This document shows, one piece after another, positions 9,515-15,568 of a stretch of DNA of 15,568 nucleotides (its first letter is position 1; the number at the start of each line of letters is the position of its first letter). The position numbers and the translations under genes were made by a program. This DNA is from an uncultured Methanosarcinaceae archaeon (GTDB lineage: Archaea > Halobacteriota > Methanosarcinia > Methanosarcinales > Methanosarcinaceae), in NCBI GenBank assembly GCA_963833425.1, contig CAWHXP010000019.1, positions 1 through 15,568 on the forward strand, read 5' to 3'. The notes beneath the pieces were generated by a model that was not told the DNA's origin, searched no databases, and worked only from the letters and a program-made list of their open reading frames with translations.

Positions 9515-10825
9515 ATGACAGACAAATCAAATGATGCTGAAACAAAAATTGAACTTGATGCTCATGCTCAGAGAAAAAACAGAAGCATACTAAAGAAGTA
9601 TGATGAAAATGGATCTAGATTTTGTTCTGGCTCCTCCCATTCAGGGACTGAAGTTCCGACAGATGTGGTTATAGTCCGTTATGGAGAGCTTGCTCTTAAA
9701 AGTTCTGGAATTAGAAACTGGTATGAGAAAATCCTTATAAAAAATATTGCAGCAATGTTAAATTCTAGAGAAATTCCATATTCTCGAATTCGTCGGGAAT
9801 GGGGCAGGATATTCATTGAGACTATTGATTCTCATGCTGCCGAAGCAATAGCTAATGTTTTTGGGGTTGTCTCAACTTCCGCTGCGTTGGCAACAGAACC
9901 CAGCCTTAAGGATGCAGCTAGTGTATGTGCAACTCTTGCTCAAAATTTTATTTGTGAGGATGAGTTGTTTGCAATCAGAGCAAGGAAAAGTGGAAACCAT
10001 CCTTTTTCCTCAGCAGATATTGGTAAAGCCTGTGGAGACGCGGTCTGGAATTTCCTAGAGAAAGAAGGTAAACATCCTGGAGTTGACCTGACGTTTCCTG
10101 ATAAGGAAATCTTCGTCGAAATGCGACAAAACTTAGCGTATATTTATCTAAAAACATTTAAAGGGGTTGGAGGGCTTCCACTTGGTACACAAGGCAGCAT
10201 GGTAGTTCTAATATCAGGAGGACTTGATTCTCCGGTTGCTGCCTGGCTTATGATGAAACGTGGAGTTATGATCATCCCGGTCTATTGTAATAATACTCCT
10301 TATGCCCAGAACGAAGCAAAAGAACGTGCTTTTGATTGCATTCGCCAACTTCATAAGTGGGCTCCAGGGCATCAGTTTACAACTTATGAGATTCCTCATG
10401 GTCCTAATCTGCAATCCTTTATCGCAAAATGCAATCGGAAAAATACCTGTCTTCTCTGTAAACGCATGATGTACAGAGAAGCCTATGAAATTATGAAAAA
10501 GGAAAATGCCAGTGGGATTATCACCGGCTCTTCTCTCGGACAGGTGGCATCTCAAACTGCTGCCAACATGTATGCTGAGGTTTATCAACTTCCGATTCCC
10601 GTCTACCACCCTTTGATTGGCTTTGACAAAACAGAAATTATGGATATGGCCCGCAAAATTGGAACCTACGATATCTCCAATCAATCAGCAGGAAGCTGTA
10701 CTGCCGTTCCGGAACGTCCAGAAATAGGGGCAAATTACGATCTGATTGCACTCGAAGAAAAAAAGCTGGATATCGAAACTATGGTCTCCAGTGCTTTAAA
10801 AGCCACAAAGGTCCTTAAACTCTAA
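9515..10825 (+). CDS. thiI: tRNA 4-thiouridine(8) synthase ThiI (methanogen type, no rhodanese domain)
   Basis: VRYGELALKS, THUMP domain, GVGGLPLGTQG, PP-loop SGGLDSPVA, CLLCKRMM (CxxC), GQVASQT, PLIGFDK, and a third Cys in GSCTAVP. Confidence 0.96.
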   Translation: MTDKSNDAETKIELDAHAQRKNRSILKKYDENGSRFCSGSSHSGTEVPTDVVIVRYGELALKSSGIRNWYEKILIKNIAAMLNSREIPYSRIRREWGRIFIETIDSHAAEAIANVFGVVSTSAALATEPSLKDAASVCATLAQNFICEDELFAIRARKSGNHPFSSADIGKACGDAVWNFLEKEGKHPGVDLTFPDKEIFVEMRQNLAYIYLKTFKGVGGLPLGTQGSMVVLISGGLDSPVAAWLMMKRGVMIIPVYCNNTPYAQNEAKERAFDCIRQLHKWAPGHQFTTYEIPHGPNLQSFIAKCNRKNTCLLCKRMMYREAYEIMKKENASGIITGSSLGQVASQTAANMYAEVYQLPIPVYHPLIGFDKTEIMDMARKIGTYDISNQSAGSCTAVPERPEIGANYDLIALEEKKLDIETMVSSALKATKVLKL

Positions 10826-11686
10826 TAAGGATAAAACCATTTTTCAAATTTTAATTTATAATTCACAGTAACATATTAATTATTTTAATCTATTTGAGAA
10901 TTACTTATATTTTAGGAAAATTTCTATTACCACAACAAGCTGCGTGATTCATCATCTCTAAAGAAACATTGAAGCTGTTTTTTATCGGATATACTGAGGT
11001 TAGTGGGATGAAAAAAGAAGTGTGAATGTCTAAACCATGAAACCTATTTACTATTTTTGTGAATTTAAATAACTAATTCATTGGGTGATGAAATTGTCCT
11101 AAAGGCCAATTTAACATTCGTGATCAAAGTCACATTTGAGCCTTATATAGTAATTTATATAATATTTTTAAGACAGTTTTAAAAAACAAAATTAAGACAA
11201 ACTTCTTACTTAAATAACTACATAGTCAATCTTAAAAAGTTATACAGTACATATATTCTTTTATTTGAGACTTTTGTTCTCGAAGAATAATATCTTTGTT
11301 TCTAAGCTACTGTCATGTTGAGATAATAGAGGGTTTTCTTGTGTACAGCTACGGAGGTGGTATTAAATGATTGTATATTCATATTTAAATTAGTTGATAT
11401 TTTGAGAAACCTATAATTTAGCAACTATCTTAATTCCAATTTATTCTGAATAATTATAAATTATTTTGCAGGTTTCTTCTCTTTCGGAATTCAGGTACGC
11501 ATTAACCTTATACGAGAGTATTTTATCTAAATTGTGGAATCAAATCTAGTTTTAAGACAGAGCCTTTATGTGACTGTGTCATCGGGCTCAAATATATCCC
11601 TCAGATCACTTTTAGATTGCCTTTCAGCTACCAAGAGAAAGTATTGCTTAGGATCATGCGAGATGGTTTGAGGCACTTTTTATCGT

Positions 11687-11745
11687 AAAAAATGGGTTTT
11701 AATATTAACGAGGAATATAGTGTGTTGTCTGTTCACTATTGTGAA
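11687..11745 (+). promoter_or_regulatory. Putative BRE/TATA promoter with downstream TTCACTATTGTGAA palindrome (copy 2)
   Basis: AAAAAATGGG-TTTTAATA (TATA 11697-11704), ATAGTGTG, then an imperfect palindrome at 11732-11745. Colinear with 12645-12701. Confidence 0.6.
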
Positions 11746-11753
11746 TTGATTTT

Positions 11754-11795
11754 TTCGGGGTGGTGGTTGGTTACGCAATGAACTGTAGATCCATT
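11754..11795 (+). pseudogene. tRNA-Cys-derived 5' half (D arm and anticodon arm, anticodon position GTA) lacking the T arm and 3' acceptor strand
   Basis: TACGCAATGAACTGTAGATCCATT (11772-11795) versus TACGCAATGGACTGCAGATCCATT (12730-12753): 22/24 identical. Upstream GGG-TG-GTGG..GG is also retained. Similarity stops after the anticodon stem. Confidence 0.75.
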
Positions 11796-11841
11796 ATATA
11801 TAGAGCAGATAGAAATGTGAATTTAAAGCAGGTAAGAACAC

Positions 11842-12336
11842 ATGAATCTAAAGGGTTAAAGTATAAAGGGAGCGATATTTGAAAGAACGAAGCATATTGT
11901 CCGAAACATTGATGAGCATGCAGTTGGAATAGCCTCTGAAGTTCTTGATGACGAACGTACAATTGAAATAGCCTGGGAAGCTCTTAATTTATTTGAACTG
12001 TACATTATTCTGCGTATAGTAGAACAAATGTTTCTGGTAGCTGAGTATATGCTTCTGGAAGTTAGAACTAGTCCTATTCACCTGATTGAACCGAACTATG
12101 GTCAAGGTATGGAGTTAATAGGTGATTTCTTTGAAAAAGGAGAATCTCAGCTACGGCAAATATTAAGAGCATATAGCATTTCAGAAACAGAAATCAATGT
12201 GCTGAAATCTTTAATGACTAGTTCTATGAATGAGATATCGTCATATAATATTTTATTCATGGAACCCGGTAGAACATCAGCTTATCCTTCGGTTTCGCAT
12301 TTAATCGAAGCCTTGCCCTACTCCTATTGTTGTTGA
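11842..12336 (+). pseudogene. Hypothetical protein (~164 codons) with in-frame TAA at codon 6; ORF 12028-12336 is its 3' part
   Basis: The frame of ORF 12028 is open back to 11860. In-frame ATG at 11842 is preceded by AGGTAAG. Reads MNLKG*SIKGAIFERTKHIVRNIDEHAVGIASEVLDDERTIEIAWEALNLFELYIILRIVEQMFLV... No family recognised. Confidence 0.55.
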
Positions 12337-12643
12337 TTGAATTCATTTCAACATTACAAACTTCATTTTTTTGTTGTTATATTAAAATTACTATCAACGC
12401 AATAATTTCCAAGAATAAGACATATTTTTGGTGCCGAATATTTTCAAGCTGACCTTACCTTTGTTTTCTCTAATTCCCCCTTTTTTTGATAGGTGTGGCA
12501 AAAAAATTTAATGAATCTCCTTTGTTTATCGAGTTCTTTTACTTGGATTAATGTCCTCATACTAAAAATGACATAAGCAGCATTTATTCATTTGAACTAG
12601 CTCAATGCAGAAAGCATCTTTATTTGAGTTTCCTTTTCCCTAT

Positions 12644-12701
12644 GAAATAGGTTTAAGTATTTGAATACTGTAATAGTATGCTATAAGGTCACAATTGTGA
12701 C
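12644..12701 (+). promoter_or_regulatory. BRE/TATA promoter of the tRNA-Cys-pscS-metY unit with perfect 14-bp palindrome GTCACAATTGTGAC (copy 3)
   Basis: GAAATAGG-TTTAAGTA (TATA 12652-12659). Palindrome at 12688-12701. The tRNA starts at 12711. Confidence 0.7.
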
Positions 12702-12710
12702 TAAATTATT

Positions 12711-12782
12711 GCAAGGGTTGTGGAAAGGCTACGCAATGGACTGCAGATCCATTTTACCCCGGTTCGATTCCGGGTCTTAGCT
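12711..12782 (+). tRNA. tRNA-Cys(GCA) with atypical acceptor stem, no intron, no encoded CCA
   Basis: Cloverleaf: acceptor GCAAGGG/TCTTAGC, D stem GTG/CGC with GG in the loop, anticodon arm ATGGA-CTGCAGA-TCCAT, T arm CCCGG-TTCGATT-CCGGG, discriminator U73, G37. Confidence 0.92.
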
Positions 12783-12795
12783 TAGAGGTAATCTC

Positions 12796-14184
12796 ATGGA
12801 TATAAGAACACAAAAGACTTTTGAGGCTCTTTTTGCCCTTGAAGATATTAGGGAGGTCCTCAGACAGTCACTTCCAAATATCACAAGTCTGGAAGAAGAA
12901 CACTCCATTAAAGAAGGTGTAAATAAAGTCAGGAATATCCTGGATGAAATAGAGAACGGTACTGGAACTCCACAAGTTAGGAAGATAGCAGATAATATTG
13001 ATATCCGATCCAGAGAAGAAGCATATATAAATATACAGCCAATCCAGGCAGCTGGAAGACTTACTCCTGAAGCACGAAAAGCGCTTATAGCGTATGGAGA
13101 TGGCTATTCCACCTGTGATGCCTGCCGCAAACCTTTCAGGCTGGACAAAATCAAAACTCCGCCTATCGCAACGTTTCACGAACAACTCGCTAGCTTCCTT
13201 AATATGGATGTTGCACGCGTAGTGCCAGGCGCAAGGCGTGGTTTCCAGGCAGTGACTTCCACTCTTGTTAATAAAGGTGATTCAGTGATAGTCTCATCTC
13301 TGGCTCACTATACAGAGTTTCTGGCTGTTGAAGAGGCAGAAGGAACAGTAAAGGAAGTGCCTGTGAACGAGCACAATATTGTTACTGCAGATGCAATTGC
13401 TGAGAAGATTGAAGCGGTTAAGCAGGAAACAGGCAAACTACCTGTGCTGATAATGATCGATCACTTTGATTATCAGTATGCCAATGAACATGATGTAAAA
13501 GGCATATCAAAAGTTGCACATCAGTATAATATTCCTTTCCTATATAATGGCGCATACACTGTTGGGGTCATGCCAGTGGATGGAAAGGAAATTGGCGCAG
13601 ATTTTGTCGTAGGATCAGGCCACAAAAGCATGGCATCACCTGCACCGTCTGGAGTGCTGGCAACAACCGACGAATGGGCTCCTAAGATATTCCGCACTAC
13701 ACAGATGGTTGGTGATGTCACAAAACGCAAGTTTGGCATCAAAGAAGTGGAGATGCTTGGCTGTACATTAATGGGTTCGACATTGATAGGTATGATGGCT
13801 TCTTTCCCTACTGTCAAGAATAGAGTACATAATTGGAAAGAAGAAGTAAAAAAGTCAAACTATCTGATTGATGGTCTACTTGCTGTAGAAGGGGGTAGAG
13901 TTCTCTCAGAATACCCACGCAAACATACCCTTTCAAAAGTTGACACAAGTAGAAACTTCGATCTCATCGCACAGAGCCATAAACGCAAAGGTTTCTTCCT
14001 TTCAGATGAGCTCTCAAGCAAGGGCATTATTGGGGAATTTGCAGGAGCTACACGTATATGGAAATTAAACACTTACGGGCTTTCCTGGGAGAAAGTTCGC
14101 TATGTAGTAGATACTTTCCAGGGCATTGCTGAGAAATACAAAATTCAAGTAAACAGGGAGAATGATTCCAATGGTAGCAAATAA
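12796..14184 (+). CDS. pscS: O-phospho-L-seryl-tRNA:Cys-tRNA synthase (SepCysS) with ~60-aa N-terminal extension
   Basis: [22 protein letters not shown] (CxxC), [22 protein letters not shown] lysine in [14 protein letters not shown] and [14 protein letters not shown] at 12785-12789. Confidence 0.96.
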   Translation: MDIRTQKTFEALFALEDIREVLRQSLPNITSLEEEHSIKEGVNKVRNILDEIENGTGTPQVRKIADNIDIRSREEAYINIQPIQAAGRLTPEARKALIAYGDGYSTCDACRKPFRLDKIKTPPIATFHEQLASFLNMDVARVVPGARRGFQAVTSTLVNKGDSVIVSSLAHYTEFLAVEEAEGTVKEVPVNEHNIVTADAIAEKIEAVKQETGKLPVLIMIDHFDYQYANEHDVKGISKVAHQYNIPFLYNGAYTVGVMPVDGKEIGADFVVGSGHKSMASPAPSGVLATTDEWAPKIFRTTQMVGDVTKRKFGIKEVEMLGCTLMGSTLIGMMASFPTVKNRVHNWKEEVKKSNYLIDGLLAVEGGRVLSEYPRKHTLSKVDTSRNFDLIAQSHKRKGFFLSDELSSKGIIGEFAGATRIWKLNTYGLSWEKVRYVVDTFQGIAEKYKIQVNRENDSNGSK

Positions 14185-15466
14185 CTATAAACTAGGAACT
14201 ATTGCCCTTCACGCTGGACAGATTCCAGATCCAGCTACAGGAGCACGGGCAGTACCGATCTATCAAACTACGTCTTATGTATTCCGGGACACGGATCATG
14301 CAGCTAATCTTTTCGCCCTCCACGAGCTTGGTAATATCTACACTCGCATAATGAACCCAACTACTGATGTTTTCGAACAGCGTATAGCTGCCATTGAGGG
14401 TGGTACAGGAGCACTTGGAGTTGCATCCGGTTCAGCAGCAATAACCTATGCTCTATTAGCGATTACCAGGCTTGGGGATGAAATTGTCTCTGGGAACAAC
14501 CTGTATGGTGGAACCTATGAACTTTTTAATTATACTCTCCCTAAGTTGGGAAGAAAAGTTATATTTGTGGATTCGACTGATCTGAAAGCATATCAACATG
14601 CTATTACTGAAAAAACGCGGGCAATTTATATTGAATCAATAGGTAATCCAAAATTGGATATTCCTGATTTTGAGGCGCTCGCAAATATTGCCCATAAAGC
14701 TGGAATCCCACTTGTTGTAGACAACACGAGTGCTGTAGGGCTTGTTCGGCCAATTGATCATGGAGCAGATATCGTTGTGCATTCGGCAACCAAATTTATC
14801 GGTGGGCATGGAAATTCAATTGGTGGATCCATAGTCGATTCCGGGAAATTCTCCTGGAACAATGGCAAATTCCCGGAATTGACAGATCCTGATCCAAGTT
14901 ATCACGGTCTGAAATACTGGGATACATTTTCAGAATTCCCGGATCTTGGTAATGTAGCATTTATTTTCAAAATAAGGCTGCAACTTCTAAGGGATACAGG
15001 TGCTGCTCTTTCGCCTTTCAATGCTTTTCTATTACTTCAGGGACTTGAAACACTGCATCTGAGGATACAGCGACACTCAGAAAACGCTCTCGTTGTAGCA
15101 AAATACCTTTCAGGCCATCCAAAAGTCTCATGGGTTAATTATCCAGGTTTACCGAATCATCCAAGTCACGAGCTTGCATCTAGATACCTCAGAGGTGGTT
15201 ATGGCGCTTTGATAGGTTTTGGCGTGAAGGGAGGTATAGAAGCAGGTAAAACTTTTATCAATAATCTGAAGCTGTTTTCACATGTTGCTAACATAGGAGA
15301 CTCAAAAAGTCTTGTCATTCATCCCGCAACTACCACACACCAGCAGCTAACCCCAACTGAACAAGAGGCAACAGGCGTTAAGCCAGATTACATACGACTT
15401 TCCATTGGTATTGAGGATGTCGAAGATATAATCTCAGATCTTGAACAAGCTCTTGAAAAAGTGTAA
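14171..15466 (+). CDS. metY: O-acetylhomoserine/O-acetylserine sulfhydrylase (MetY/Met17 family)
   Basis: [44 protein letters not shown] lysine in [32 protein letters not shown] and [11 protein letters not shown] 14171 is preferred over 14162 because GGGAG (14156-14160) lies 10 nt upstream. Confidence 0.93.
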   Translation: MVANNYKLGTIALHAGQIPDPATGARAVPIYQTTSYVFRDTDHAANLFALHELGNIYTRIMNPTTDVFEQRIAAIEGGTGALGVASGSAAITYALLAITRLGDEIVSGNNLYGGTYELFNYTLPKLGRKVIFVDSTDLKAYQHAITEKTRAIYIESIGNPKLDIPDFEALANIAHKAGIPLVVDNTSAVGLVRPIDHGADIVVHSATKFIGGHGNSIGGSIVDSGKFSWNNGKFPELTDPDPSYHGLKYWDTFSEFPDLGNVAFIFKIRLQLLRDTGAALSPFNAFLLLQGLETLHLRIQRHSENALVVAKYLSGHPKVSWVNYPGLPNHPSHELASRYLRGGYGALIGFGVKGGIEAGKTFINNLKLFSHVANIGDSKSLVIHPATTTHQQLTPTEQEATGVKPDYIRLSIGIEDVEDIISDLEQALEKV

Positions 15467-15568
15467 CTATGAGTTCTAGTTAAAATAATATGAGAAGATC
15501 ATTTTATTTTCGGTGAGCACTGTTTAGTCACTTTATTTTGATGAGATTTTCTTCATCAATCTATTTTT

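Noticed and set aside
11119..11134. CGTGA-TCAAAG-TCACA, a CRP-like site made of the same half-sites as the palindrome but in reversed order
   Set aside because: Orientation and spacing differ from the three cassette sites, it occurs once, and it has no linked tRNA-like sequence.
11353..11393. Strong SD GGAGGTGG followed by ATG 11367
   Set aside because: The frame closes after 8 codons. It may be the start of a deleted gene, but nothing further supports that.
11421..11566. Possible degenerate MITE ending in TTTTAAGACAGAGCC
   Set aside because: The putative left inverted repeat matches only weakly and cannot be supported without a genome search.
11754..11795. Functional tRNA-Tyr(GTA), intron-containing tRNA or trans-spliced split tRNA
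   Set aside because: No T arm or 3' acceptor strand follows, no bulge-helix-bulge or complementary leader is visible, and the sequence is tRNA-Cys-derived.
1108..14789. Short overlapping or antisense ORFs in the track (1108, 1432, 1562, 3483, 5158, 7209, 7760, 9855, 9975, 10214, 11771, 12868, 13521, 13860, 14604)
   Set aside because: They lie within better-supported genes and show no family motifs, so they are best explained as shadow ORFs.

Overview
AT-rich archaeal window, most consistent with a Methanosarcina-like methanogen (inferred from SepCysS, a ThiI without a rhodanese domain, TATA/BRE-type promoters and GGAGGTGA RBS). The left half (1-8.1 kb) holds a cluster of ~131-bp MITE-like repeats, then a series of disrupted genes: an NRAMP-related (DAGG-type) Mg2+ transporter, an MgtE-N/CBS partner, phoU, a CHAT-domain fragment, a minus-strand membrane-protein remnant, an iscU 3' remnant and a cation:H+ antiporter. 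The right half is a sulfur/tRNA locus: intact thiI, an unknown ORF with an early stop, and a tRNA-Cys(GCA) gene 13 nt upstream of an N-terminally extended SepCysS (pscS) that overlaps an OAH/OAS sulfhydrylase gene. The most unusual signal is a unit of TATA box, TCAC(A)-(T)GTGA palindrome and tRNA-Cys(-like) sequence that occurs three times with near-identical spacing (8.53, 11.69 and 12.65 kb). Only the last copy has a complete tRNA, and its acceptor stem is atypically weak. All alignments and translations were done by eye, without database searches.
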